The notes under the pieces are model-generated. The model saw nothing but the letters and a program-made list of their open reading frames with translations. It was not told the origin of the DNA and searched no databases. DNA of 61,648 bases, the filler included, from Choristocarpus tenellus KU-1152 (lineage: Eukaryota; Protista; Phaeophyceae), in assembly GCA_964200185.2 (NCBI GenBank). It is 9 parts of 9 records of this genome, joined end to end, with 100 filler letters (N's around TTAATTAATTAA, not from the genome) between each part and the next. Parts side by side here need not be neighbours in the genome. Positions count along the whole stretch, not along the records: positions 1 to 20,308 come from CAXNAD020000405.1; positions 20,409 to 25,774 come from CAXNAD020011019.1; positions 25,875 to 32,672 come from CAXNAD020007321.1; 6 more parts are not named here. One strand, written 5' to 3'. Of the stretch, positions 12,516 to 26,543 are shown in pieces; positions within the stretch are counted from its first letter, which is position 1, and the number at the start of each line of letters is the position of its first letter. The translations under genes and the position numbers were made by a program.

Positions 12516-15500
12516 ATGCTTCGGCGCTTGGCTCTAGTTGTCTCGGCCCTTGCGCTAGTCGTCCAGGTTTCGTCTTTCATGATCAACCCAGCGGTGTCTG
12601 TGGTGGCGACACGATTTAGCGGACCCGCGGCCGTTTCCACCTTCCAAGGCTCTGCCCTCGTCGAACGCTTACCAACGGCGTCGGCAGGAAACCTTGAAAT
12701 GATGGTGAGTCTGTTTTAGATTGAGGCGGAAGACCCCTGAGGTTACATCTTATCTGCATAGGTTGAAGGTGGTCATTTTTGTGGTGCAGGTGTTGTGAGC
12801 TCAACTTGAGGTTGGATTTTGGTACTGCTTCAACTATCCCCTTTCTGTTCATGAATTCACTCCAGTTCTATGGATAGTTTTCGTGATGCACTAACACTGC
12901 CGGTCGTCTCTTTTTAGGACGCAGACTACCCTTGAAACTCGCCAGTTTTGTACGTAACGGTGCGGTGAGGTATATATAATGCATGAGCGCCTGCCCTGCG
13001 CACTAAGAACCGTCTTTCCTCGAATCATAGTTTCCAGTACCGTTAAATGAGCTTTCTAAGCTCGACGAGATGCCTGTTCTTACAATGAGTACAACTGTTT
13101 TATTATGTTCACACATGTTTTTTCCTCTCTCGCTGAAATCAAGGGCGAGTTCAGTTAGCTTCAGTACTTGGGAAAATGGGCATTTACATGCGTCTGGGAA
13201 TAGGGTGAGGAGGAGCTCGCGTAGTCAATTCGCATCTGCCATAAGTGGTGGTAAAAAGATAGGTGCTTGGCAGCGGTTGCCAACTTCTGAGAGTAGATCG
13301 AGTTAGAGCAGCAGAGCATCATGATACCGTTGATTTTTGGGTCTTTTGAGATGCTTTTCCAAATGGACTGCCTTTGGAAAGTATGAAACGTTTCCGTTGA
13401 TCAGCCCCGCATTGAATGGAATTGTTGCGTATAATCGTCATGGGGATACCAGAGCCAACTGATGTCGCAATATAACTTTCGTTCTGCTGAGATGCATCTT
13501 CCAAGTGAAGCTGCCTGCGGAAAATATGACACTTGTCAGCGCTGATGGCTTAATAATTGTAGAGATTTTTTTTGGAGAAGAACGGAGGGGAGGGATAAAG
13601 CCGAAGGATGTCACAACATTACTTTCGTTCTGCTGAGGATACTGTTTATAGTGCGGATCAAGACATATGTTCGCGCTGACGGCCTAATGTATTTCGTTGA
13701 TGGATGGGAATTCTACTGTTGAAGTTTTCTCTGGAGTCTTATGTACGTGTTTGCACCAACCTTGGTGTACATCTTGGCCACCCTCTGTTAGCTTTTGTAA
13801 AATTAGCTTGGCAAACAACCTATAGTCCATTCAGTTTATGCTTTCCTCAACCTTGACAATTTTCTACATACTATTTTACCAAGAACAACCCAAAAAATGT
13901 AGTCATGTCCTTCTGAGTTGATCATGCTCACACGCATAGTCCATCCGATCAACCTTGAAAGTGTCTGTGAAAATCCAAGTGTTCACCTCAAAAAAAAAAA
14001 AAGTAGCTCAGCTAATGTATTGTTTCTCTACCTTGCCTTCCCAACCGGCCATCCGAACAAATTATCTCAATGACAGCGTCACAGGAAGGGGTTCAACAAG
14101 CTCAACAGGCCTGCTGACCAGCGCAAGGCTCTCCTTCGCTCACTGACAACCGAGGTGAGTTCTGCTTTTGCTTCATGCCCTTCTACTGATCAAGATTACC
14201 TTTAACCATCCTCCCTTGACCTCCCCTTGGGTGCTACGACCTCATTTTTTGTGCCTTTTTTGATCCTGAGTAGATTAAGTGCTGAGGCAAGCGGTCCTGC
14301 ACATGTAACTACGATGGCTTTGCCTCGATGTCTTGAAAGATTCGCCTCCTCTGGCTCGCCCCTGTTGATGCTTTTGCTCACCATGAAGAAATCATCTTAA
14401 AAGCATCCTTTTCGTTGAAAACATCCTCAAATTTTAAAACGCTTGCAGTAGGTCTTTTTGGGTTTCAAGAACGCAAAGACTTTCCTTCAAAATTAAAGAA
14501 TATATTATAGTTCTCTTCAGACGATGTGGAAGACCCTCTCCCCACCCCCCCCCCCCCCCCCTATTGTTCCTCACATTCCTGAAACGTTCAATGAATATTT
14601 CCTTTCGACTTGGTTGCTACTCCTATTCATATTTGTCTCTGTTCACAGGTCATCCGTCATGGGAAAATCAAGACCACCCTGGTCCGTGCAAGGGCATGCC
14701 GTAAGTATGTTGACAAAATGATTGGGCTGAGCAAGGACGGCTCCCTCCACGCCCGTCGCCAGGTTGGTGATTATGAGTTGGGGGTAGAGGTTGTAACGTC
14801 ACTGGCATGGACTCAATTAATGTGCAGCAGTCCTCTGTTATCTATTGGGTACATTTCTTTTAGGAGGATGTTGGTGCGAATTTTGACCTCTGAACCAGAA
14901 TTTTCTGTGTTGGGATCGCTGTACTAGGAGGTAAACGAGTGCTGCAGACTGGGCATGGTGGCTATCTTTACTACTGTAGCCCTAAAAGTGTGTGTGAGGA
15001 TACGGGATTATATGATTGCTAGAACTGTTTCATAGAGCAGCAAATGTTCTGTGAATATTCTCTTGGGGTGGTTGACTGGAAATAATGATGCTAGGAATTT
15101 CCTTCAGCATTTTCTTTCTGCATGGGTGACTGAAACAGCTTTATTTTATTATGTATGGCAAGTTTAAAAATCTTCACTGGTGAAATTGGGATTTGAAACT
15201 TGTGGTAAGGGGTAGGGGGTGTGAAGGCGGAGATGGCATGAATGCAGGTACTGGAGATGGCACTGACTATAATGTTTGTCCCTCGTGTGATTGATTTGTA
15301 ACAGGTGGGAGAGTCGATAGGTACCTGGTACTATTTTTTATTGATAGGAGTGTGATGGAAAATTAAATCCGTTACCTCTTTGGCATCATTGTGACTGCCT
15401 GTCAAATATTTTTTTTAACTCCCAGGTTTATCAGGAAAATGCAGTTGATGAGGTTAGCTTAATCACTCCCCCCTCTTCCCCTGTCTGAATCCTACATCCC

Positions 15501-15692
15501 TTCACTTTTCACCTTGTAACTTAACTTAAGGCTTTGGGCTTCATCTATGATAAGCCACTGGTCCATGCTCTCTTTGAGGCAGGTCCTGAGCGCTTTAGCG
15601 AGCGACCTGGAGGGTACTGCAGAGTGGTCCGTGAGCCATGCAACAGAAGGGGGGACAATGCTGAGATGGCCTACCTTGAGCTGGTTGACTAA
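12516..15692 (+). CDS. rpl17: Nucleus-encoded plastid 50S ribosomal protein L17 (bL17). Exons 12516-12704, 14077-14154, 14649-14762, 15531-15692
   Basis: Spliced product [37 protein letters not shown]...[10 protein letters not shown]...[15 protein letters not shown]; N-terminal signal peptide ending VSS-F followed by a transit peptide. Confidence 0.95.
13453..13550 (+). ncRNA. Intronic box C/D snoRNA copy 1 (snR54/SNORD59-like; guide for the 18S Am974-equivalent)
   Basis: Stem AGCCA/TGGCT, C-like box CTGATGT, guide TAACTTTCGTTCT (complement of 18S AGAACGAAAGTTA), D' CTGA at 13487, C'-like GTGAAGC, D CTGA at 13542. Confidence 0.75.
13600..13683 (+). ncRNA. Intronic box C/D snoRNA copy 2 (paralog of copy 1)
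   Basis: Stem GCCG/CGGC, C-like box AGGATGT, guide ACTTTCGTTCT, D' CTGA at 13633, D CTGA at 13676. Confidence 0.7.
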
Positions 15693-17015
15693 ACTAGACT
15701 AGAGGACATTTGAGAATTAAGTAACTGTGGCTCTGCGTCCTGGGGAAACTTTGAGTGCAAGAAGGGCAGTTGGAGTGTTTAAGTACAAACATGAGACCTT
15801 GTATGACAATAGACCTGTTTGTTACTGTTACATTTGGTGCTGCAGTATGCATTGATGGTGCTTGTCTCTCCTGCCCTCTCTACTTCATGCATCATATGAA
15901 AAGTGGCACCCACATAGAAGTGAGTGTTGTGAGCACATGCTTTAGTTGGACAGGCTTTCAAACTAGTGATGGCAGAGGATATACACTTAGAGATGTAAGT
16001 ACCTCTCCAAAGGTAGAGGATCTTACTGCCCCTCTTCTAATGGGATGTATTGCTGTTTTAAGAAAATCGAGAGCCAGCTGAAGCAGAAATATTTTCAAGT
16101 GCTTCTATTTGCCTGTAATGAACATCAAGGTCTGAATGGAAGGTCTTCTTTTCTCTTGTGTGGATGTGTGTTAGTTGATTGGAGACAAGACAGGAACGCC
16201 CATATGAAGGCATGCACACACACACAAGCCTGTTCAAATATCTTGCTGCACTAGGGCAGGCACATTATCATGTAGAATGACAACCTGAACTCCACCACTT
16301 GTGTGACACACAAGAAGTACAGAGAAACAAACTTTCACTGAAGGGAGTTAGAGGACTGACTGCTGCTAATCAATGAAGACATGAGTTACATGGTGTTGAG
16401 TCAAATGACACGGAGGAACTTGACCTCTCATATTGGATGCTAACACACCCCTTTCTCCTTAGTATGTTGCGTTTCTCAACTCTTTATAAACAATGTAAGA
16501 ACTCAAGTCCATAATGCAAGGGAGCAATATTCTTGAGAAAATATCCACAGAACAATAAACTGCTGCAAAAATATCTTTGGAGTTTTATTGAAGCTACTAC
16601 TTCCTACTACAAGACAGGGAGAGTGACATTCCTCCAGAGAATGCTTTAGTTGTAGTGCCTCATTTAATTTAAGAGCACAGGATATAATCCAATATGTGCA
16701 CTCTGTTTTTGCAACCCCCCTGAGAAGCATACATATATTACAGGTGGTGGAAAAATGGGTTAAGGGATGCTTGGTCCCAATAGCCCTCATCTATTCAACA
16801 CATGGACATAACCTCTATAATGACCATTTCTCCCCCAAAGGGTCATGTGTTTTTCTAGATGACACATCTATCATTATCTCTGCCTAAGAAACACAAGTCG
16901 GTCATGCTATAGATGACCTCTCCCTTCTCAGTCTTGAGATGAGTTGGTGACATTGACTCCTTTGATTGGTTGACAATTACCACAGGATGATGAATCAGTC
17001 TCAATCAGTCATCAA

Positions 17016-18741
17016 TCAGTCATCGTCCCTTGTACGGGATTGCAGTAAGGATATTGTCTCTCGGTACCGATCCATCTCCGCTTTAAGGTCAGCATGCACC
17101 TCCTGAGAATAGCCTGTTCATAAAGAGCGGCATCGGAATAGAGCCGGTGTGGTGGGATCCCCACGGTTACAAAAGCCTTCTAGACAGTAGCAGAGAAGAT
17201 GAAGGGTGTCATAGGATGAGTGTGGGCATGAAGGCAGTTCTTCAAGTGGTATAAATGGTCCTCTCTTACTATCGACTGCATCATTCACCACCATCCAGTT
17301 CTCCCGAGTTGATCTAGAACACCAGTCAAAACGTCACCTGCTTTGTCAGGGGAAACTTAAGGTCAATTATTGTTGAAGTTATTCCACAAAAAAGACATAA
17401 TATGTCCACGGAACAGCCAAGAAGTGTGCACATACTGTTTTCAGTGCATGGTGCTCATGGTTACACATGTTTACTGTCCTTTGATAAATGGGAGTGGGAA
17501 TGGGGGGCTCAGGTTAAAATCTCTTCACACATCCCTTCCAAAAATTTCACAGCCTGACTGACATCTTTCTCACAAAAGAGGAAAAAAATAACGTAAATGC
17601 TGCACTGTTGACCATACTTGAAGGTACACGGCATGAGAACTTCATCATCTGTACTATTACAAAAATCCAATACTAGTACTTCTAAAACACCATTTAACAA
17701 CACATAGACATACATAAACCAGATTGATAGCATATACCTTACACACCAACATGTTAAGAAAAAAAAAGTGTAGTTTGAGTACTGAAGTAATACAGTACTC
17801 TAAAGAAGGAAAAAAAAGGAATTTAAACTGTGTGTGAGAGAGAGAGAGAGAGTGGTGGATTTCATACCTTAGAAAATGTAACACTCAACTCTAGCAACAC
17901 ACACTATACCATTTGCACTACCACATCTGCTATCCATGATGATGCTAGGTCAGTTTTTTCTCTACAATGCCAATTATCTACACAAGCAGGAAATACGTAC
18001 GAACATTTGCTCCATGGCTCCATGATACTATGGGAATTTGCACTCTAGCACCAATTATCTGTATAAACACAAGTACATTTGCTCCATAACATCATCATGC
18101 TATGGAAATTTGCTCTCTAGCACCAATTATCTGTGTAAACACAAGTACATTTGCTCCATAGCATGATGATATTAGGGCAGTTTAGCTCCATAACGCCAGT
18201 TATCTTTATCAACACCAAGTAGATACATTTGTTCGGTAGCTTCCATTGTCTAGCAGAAGGCTTCCAAACAACATCCCCTGTCACAACAAACATTCAGAAC
18301 CCTCTGCTCTACAATACTCATTGTCCACGACAATGTTTGGGTCTGTCAGCTAAATTGTTACTCCATTAATCTACCCACTTGTTACTACTATTATTTATAT
18401 TGTTACTTCAAACAATACAACGCAAATCGATAGTTTGGTCTTCCAAAAATCATTAAAAAAAAAATAACTGGAACAAATTTGGGAGAAGAAAAAAAAGAAA
18501 AAATATTCATCCACTGTCAGGACAGCGCTTCGTCGTGTACAGGATTAAGGTTAGGGTTTGCTAAGGCAATGAACAAAAAAGCCGTGCCATAAGAGCACAC
18601 TACATTTTCCAAGGTGTAGTGTACTACAAAGACTGAAGCAGTAGGGATGCGACAGGGGCAAATGAACCCTATTGGCTCGACAGAGTGTAAAGGATGTATC
18701 ATTGGTGGAAATGTTGCTTCTTGTGAGCATGCGTGCATGCG

Positions 18742-18781
<40 letters not shown>

Positions 18782-20255
18782 TCACCTAGGGAAGGTGCAA
18801 GCTTCTTCTCCTGCTTCTCAAATGCAGCAGACAGAAGGTTGGAGAAGGAGGCATCGCGCTTCTTGAATGAGAAATACAACACCGACCCCACGCTGTATGA
18901 GAGCATGAGGAAATATGTGGCAGGCTCCATGATGTCCCAGCTGTAGACCTCATAAACACAGTATGCTGCATAAAAAACATCGAGGGGGGGAAGGGGAAGG
19001 GGNNNNNNNNNNTTTTCGAATCTGGAAGGGGGGGTGGGGAGGGGATGAATTATACAGCAGTCCAGCGTAAGAGTAGAGGAATCGAGAATGCCATGGAAAC
19101 TAACGAATTTCATTGGCCAAGGATATTAATTATTAATTATTAATTAGTGAATACACCGTGAATACACCCACACACTTTGAGAATTTCTCGATTTTCACCT
19201 CACGCACTCGCACCTCCGGAGGAGGACAACGGGCGATAACCAGCAGCCAACAGAAAGTTTTTACCTAGGAGTTGTTGCACCTTTTTTTCTGGACTGACAA
19301 GGTCTTGGTACTTCAGGAGGTGAGAGGAGTCTCAAAGTGCAGGTGTAAAAAAAAACAAAAAAACAAAAAAACAACAACAACAACAACAACCAAAAGTCCA
19401 GTCGACTTCATCGATCATCTCCATGTACAAAGGTGAAGGAAGACGCACCAGAAATGGGGGCTTACGGCTCAGGCACGGGATGGAATCCGCATCTTACGAT
19501 CGTATACGATATGTTTGCAACAAGAACATCTTCTGTTGTGACGTATTGATCGGGTGGGAGTCTCTTTTCCATTGCTACTATTAAGGCTTTTGCTTCTCTG
19601 TCATTAGACTCCCCTTATCCCCTTGCCAGTTCAAGCCAAAAAGCCGCCCGTTCCTGGTTCCTGGTCCCTGGGTCCAACACCATCTCCTTGCTGTTACAGA
19701 GGTGTTTCCCGAAGAGGAGAGAGTTTTCTTCTTTTTTTTTTTCTTTTTTTTTTTTTTTAAAATATTGAAAAAATTAGAAACTACGAAAAAAAACAAACAC
19801 ACACATACACACACACACACATACACACAAAAAATTCATACTTCACGTAGGAACCAATACCGGTTTTCAGTAATACAGAAAAAACCAAAAAAAGAAATTC
19901 TACCCGCTTCAAACAAACTGCTACTGTGCATCCCACGTCAGTAATAGCAAACCCAACTGAGATCACAGCAGTCCTGAGAACTCCTCACAAAACTGAACAT
20001 ATCCAAGGTCAAGGCGCCAACAAAGCACACGAAATAAATCCTCTCCCACTCCTCCCCCCCCCCTACCATCCCGATCCTAACAAGAGCAGCACACCAATGC
20101 ACTGCAATCTCTTCCAACTCACCTAGCCCGCCAAACTGCGCAGTCATAAACCCCAGCACCCCAAATTTCTTCATGGTAACGTTTTGTCTAGCCTTGGTCT
20201 TCAGCCTCTCTTGGATGCTTTCAAGGCGCTGGTCCTCCTTTTCCAAGGTAGCAAG
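17016..20255 (-). CDS. MCU: Mitochondrial calcium uniporter, 3' part (5' lost at contig end). Exons 20255-20123, 18965-18786, 17113-17016
   Basis: TM1 (FGVLGFMTAQFGGLAYCVYEVYS), WDIMEP selectivity-filter motif, TM2, and C-terminal coiled coil GYSQEVHADLKAEMDRYRE; intron phases are consistent. Confidence 0.88.
17925..18240. repeat. Minisatellite, about 72-bp unit, about 4 diverged copies, in an MCU intron
   Basis: Repeated caccaattatctgt.taaacacaagtacatttgctccata. Confidence 0.8.
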
Positions 20256-20257
20256 CT

Positions 20258-20296
<39 letters not shown>

Positions 20297-20308
20297 CGAG
20301 GGGGAGGG

Positions 20309-20408
20309 NNNNNNNNNNNNNNNNNNNNNNNNNNNNNNNNNNNNNNNNNNNNTTAATTAATTAANNNNNNNNNNNNNNNNNNNNNNNNNNNNNNNNNNNN
20401 NNNNNNNN
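20309..20408. other. Artificial contig linker N44-TTAATTAATTAA-N44 (also 25775-25874, 32673-32772, 41700-41799, 45701-45800, 49968-50067, 54727-54826, 58110-58209)
   Basis: Identical 100-nt spacer with stop codons in all six frames, seen eight times. Confidence 0.97.
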
Positions 20409-20483
20409 CAAGCGGAATGCTTCCTGGATGAGCTGGCTACTCACATGGTAGGGGGGAGACGAGCCGGAGGATATGGCAGGAAA

Positions 20484-20845
20484 GGAGTAGTTAAATCCCG
20501 CCTACGCCAAATTGTTGTTAAATTGTCTCAGTAACTACACAAGTGGCACTGTCTAGACGTGTCATGCTTTTTAAACTGGAGAGTTGCCAGGGAGATGGGC
20601 ATGGAGGGGTTTGTTAGGTTCTTGGGATGCCTCCCTAGCTCCTCACCCTGAGGCACAGGTATAAGTAGATTGGAGGTGCAGGGAGGCAGTGGTGTAACAT
20701 AGTAAAATAGCAAGTAAATACATGTTTTTCGCATTTGTGACATAATTTTATTTCTTTAGGGCTTATACTGACATGTGAATAGTTGTCATTGGTTTCCCCC
20801 CTGACACACTTCTGCGAAATGTCAGAGGGCAATAATAATAATAAA
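20484..20845 (+). repeat. Unclassified ~350-bp dispersed repeat, copy 1
   Basis: Aligns by eye end to end with 49502-49841. Confidence 0.85.
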
Positions 20846-22225
20846 ATATTTTGCATCACCTATCTTAACCCCAATAATCAATCCATCAGTCTCATTCAAT
20901 ATTTCACTGCTTTCAATGGAAGGCGTGTTGGCACTCCCTGGGTTGGGAAAGGGGGAGGGCAGGAATGTGGGAATCAACATCAAAGACAACAAATTCTTGT
21001 GAAAAAGACCTCTTAACACCTTCACCTTCCAGAGGTGAACAATCTTTGCTTTGAAAGAAATCCTTCAATGCATGAAAAACATTAACAGCGGTTCTTTATT
21101 GATCAGATTTGTTTCATCATGAAGAGCAGTCAGCACTGACCTACACAATAGTCACAATAGAAAATTAGGCCTTAAATCCCCTCCTTTTTATGTACTTGCC
21201 CATGCGTAAAACAGACTTCCAATGTGAAGGGATCGCTACACTGAACTGCTGTGGAGTGGAGTTACGTCAAAAACACTACACAACAGTTTGAAAAACATCC
21301 AAATTCACGCCAGCTCTTGTCCACTCCTCAGTGTATACATGACCAGAAATAATCGTTTATGCTCTCCTTTTAACCATGACACCTTTGCACTTCAATCCAT
21401 TAAAAAACAGCCCTGCCTCTTTATCAAGTACAAAAAGCTCAGATCTTCTTGCACGTCATTGGTGAATTCAGTCCTCTTGGGCAATATATATTTGTACATT
21501 CAGCTAAAGTAAACAAGAGGTACCCATCCCACTCAAGTTTTGACCGTTCTTGCTTTGTAATCCAATTTTTCAATCTCTTGCAATTCACTCGCATTTCTAT
21601 GGATCAAGTGCTGAGTTTGACTTGAGAGGGCAAACAATTCAGAAAATATCCTCTGCGAATTGGTCAACTTTAGACATCATTTTCAGCATCCCTGAAATGC
21701 AACTCTGTGTATCTCTCGTTTACTTTTGACTCATTCTTAAAGATATGCTAAGAACAAAATTTATCAATTGGAGGCAAGGAGGGTGTTGGATTAGCCCTAA
21801 CACCCAGTAGACTTTGCTGCTTCGGTGCAAGGCAGTTATCTCATGCATATACCCTAGGCAATCAAAATCAATGAAGTAAACAGGCAAATTTCTGTCAATG
21901 CAAGGGTGGTGCTAAAAAGCACCGGGATTTTGTGGGATTTCTCCTTTGTGGATGGGCAGATGGATGCGTGTGGGTGTCTGAGTTAATGGGCATATAGGGT
22001 GTGGGTGAGCTGCTTGGGCATCGGAAGATCGATTAACAGGACATTTCATGTTGGATAGGAGCACCAGCTCCTACAACGCAGAGACAACATGATGAGATAA
22101 ATACCACCCAAGAATTTGACAATGTGCAACAATAAAATGAAACACATCACATGCACAATATTCCTGGTCCCTAGCAGTCTCCCCCTTGCAGTACCAACCA
22201 ACCTAGACTACCCAACCAAGCATTC

Positions 22226-23517
<1,292 letters not shown>

Positions 23518-24002
23518 GTTTGTGGTGGTGGATTGTCTGTGTTGGCGAGGGGAAAAGTAGTGTGGGGTTGTTTTGTTGTGTGTGATATTGTGGGTGTACT
23601 GATCACCTTTATTGTATGCCTATGGTGTTGGTGATGGTATCTCCTCCAATTATTGGGATAAAAAGTTTTGTTCTTTTTTTCTCTGAAAAGAAGTTAATTT
23701 CAAACAACACCTGTCAATATACAAGGCAGGTAAAACCGAATTCCAAAAATTAACTTCAACCTTCAGAACTACAGGGTTAAGGAATCAATATATAATTTAT
23801 GAATATATTCTTATTATTGGACATCAAGGGTCAAGAATTTTTCTTGTTGGTCGGGGAATAGAATGTTGGACGTAAGGGAGGCGTTTTTGAGTATTTTGTA
23901 CATCTATTTGAAATTGGCGGGATGTCAAACGTAAGGGGAAGGTATGATTATATTCGCGCAACAAGTCGCACGACGGCAATCTGTGCGCCCTGTCCACTTT
24001 GT

Positions 24003-24150
24003 TACTATATAACAGCCGATTTCAAAATTTGAGGATGGAGCTTTTCATTGAGGATGGGCTTGACCCAAAATTGACTGGGATAAAGTGTCGATATGTATAT
24101 TTTAAAAAATGCTCCATCCTCAATTTTTGAAATGGGCTGTTAATATAGTG
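24003..24150. mobile_element. CACTA/EnSpm-type MITE upstream of H3.3
   Basis: About 39-bp near-perfect TIRs, termini TACTA...TAGTG, 2-bp GT duplication on both flanks. Confidence 0.7.
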
Positions 24151-25874
24151 GTTGATTGGAACTTATCTTTTTTACTTACACTCAATGTCACACATGGGGC
24201 AGACAATTATTAATGTTTTGACGACATCTGACTTGGTTTGGACTTCTTACGTCCTTCCCGACTGATGTTTGTTACATTAAAAAAACATGGTAAACTGGAT
24301 CATTGAAAAAATTGATATATTCGAAAACTACTTCAAATTCGCACATCCAAGGGACACCTTGTCCTGGCTGTGTCTCGATTGAGTACATAACAATTAGGAA
24401 TTTCTTAGTACCTTTGCATGCTTTGTGCTTCTGTGCCAATTAGCCTTCAAAATGGAGAAAGCGCTTTGAGCCTCCAGGCCCCTCAATTACCCTGCATTTT
24501 ACCCACCCTTGCCCTTCCTATTGGGATCTGCTTGCTCCTCACTTGTAGGCCATCAATGTTATTGCCCTATCTAGCAGCCCGAACTCCCCTTCGATCGCAA
24601 CCCAATGTCTGCATCCACAAGACAACTTTATCCCTCCATTACTTGAGCATCTTTTTTCAAGGTCGTGTACTCATCGTTCCAAATCTTCCCTTTCTGAACA
24701 TGTTCTTGAGATTCTTAGCGAGCATCACAATCTGTAACACTTGCTAAATTATGCTCTATAGTACCTAAAAAATAGCTTCCGACACTGATGGTTACGCCTA
24801 CTCACCAATTTCGTGTTTTGAATCACGTTGAAGTATCAAAACGGACCTAAGTTTTTGAAATCAGAGGGGTCATACCAGCCTAGCCCTGTTTGCCCTTCCA
24901 TTGGCACACAATCTTCCCGGTGAGATGAGCCTACCCGCAACTTTACAAGACAGAAAGTGTGATTGTGACCAATTGTACCAAGGAAATACATTTTTGGGGC
25001 TGCTTACTGACGCTCAAAGTGGAGCAGGGGTCAGGTTGTTGTTCAAGTTCTGTGTAGGAACATGGGGGGTAAAATCTCCACTTCATAGGACCTTCTGATG
25101 CAGGAGACAAGTAATTGAGGTGAGAGATGACCTGCATTTCAAATTTTGTACCTGTGTTGGTACATATCTATGCCTTGGATGAACATGTGGCGAATGTATC
25201 CTTTCTTTCTTTACTGGCTGTCCTTAGCAACAGTGTCTCTTGTGTCCTCGGTCCTAGCATGCCATGTTGCATTGTAGTTCTTCACTGGTTTATCGATGGA
25301 GTTAGATCCGTCTTGAGAATCACACACACTCAGAAGAACACAGTGTGACAATGCTGTGGAGTGATGATCCTGTTTAGAACTTCCCGTTTCTCATTTGTAA
25401 CAACAGTAATGAGTTACTGCCGGCTTTTCATGGTCGAGGATGGGGTCCTGCACTGTAGGGCGAAGTGATGTGGAAGCTCTGACAGATTCAACTGTGCTCA
25501 AGCAGGGCTTGGAGGAAAGAAGTATTGGGGGTTGCGTGTCTAGGGACTGTGCCATGACAAAAGAGATGTAGAATATCTACCACTAAATTCCCACGGTGCT
25601 TGAGTAGCGGGAGAAGGGAGGGCACAGTGGAGGGCTATGTGGTCCTTGCCTGAGGTAAAAGAGGAAAAACGTCACCAGGGAGCAGACACAGCACTACATC
25701 TGCACCAGGAGGAATGGCTAAGGGGGGAGTTGAGGCGAATAGCAGGGATGTGAATCGCCTCTGGCTAAAAGGGGNNNNNNNNNNNNNNNNNNNNNNNNNN
25801 NNNNNNNNNNNNNNNNNNTTAATTAATTAANNNNNNNNNNNNNNNNNNNNNNNNNNNNNNNNNNNNNNNNNNNN

Positions 25875-25943
25875 CAAAAATCGCAAGATGAAAAAATTGG
25901 CCCCAAATGGACAGCCGCCACCCCCTCCCAGATACTGTGAGCC
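25875..25943. mobile_element. MITE family B, partial at contig edge (other copies 41800-41855, 45540-45700, 53834-54016, 61619-61648)
   Basis: TIR GGSTCAAAGTATCTGGG and subterminal CCAAATGGAC are shared among copies. Confidence 0.75.
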
Positions 25944-26272
25944 TTTTGGCTAATATGTGGGTGTTTTCATTGTGCAGAAGCAGACTATATGTATTGATAC
26001 TCTTTTGAATTGTCTTCAGCTTCTTCAACAACAAAGAATACAAAATCCCTTGAAACTCAAAACAGCCAAAACACAAACTACTTTCGGTTGCTTTGTCTCT
26101 GTGTTCATGTTCGAAATTACATCTCTATTTTAGGTTGCCTGGTGTTTGAGTCAAACCTGCTGAGATGTACGAAGATTGCATTTTAAAGATCCCGAGAAAG
26201 GGCAAAATATGCCATTTTGTACAATCTTTGACTCTCACTTGGTGCTTGTGCCTATAGTTCAATTACAAATTT

Positions 26273-26530
26273 GAGTCAAAGTATCTGAGAGGGTAGGGCT
26301 GCGTCCACGTGGGGGCCAAAATCCAATGTTGCGATTTTGATGTAATTTTGGGTATCATGTTTGTTAGAAGATGCCAATATCCTTGTTCCAGATACATCTT
26401 TTCATAATGTATACATTTTACCTGCTCCGAAATATTTTGGAGTAGAAAAATGTCGTAAAAAATCTGTGGGAAGCCAAGCCCCAAGTGGACAAACAGGGCA
26501 AAATTCGTACCCTCTAAGATACTTTAACTC
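26273..26530 (+). mobile_element. MITE family A, full copy
   Basis: GAGTCAAAGTATCTGAGAGGGTA...TACCCTCTAAGATACTTTAACTC. Confidence 0.85.
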
Positions 26531-26543
26531 TTATGGCAACCAG

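Noticed and set aside
21050-21760. AT-rich stretch with a semi-open minus-strand frame (possible viral or TE relic)
   Set aside because: Multiple stops and no identifiable motif
24400-25774. Possible RT remnant (LRQGPHSPPLC on the minus strand)
   Set aside because: A single weak motif with no supporting domains in order
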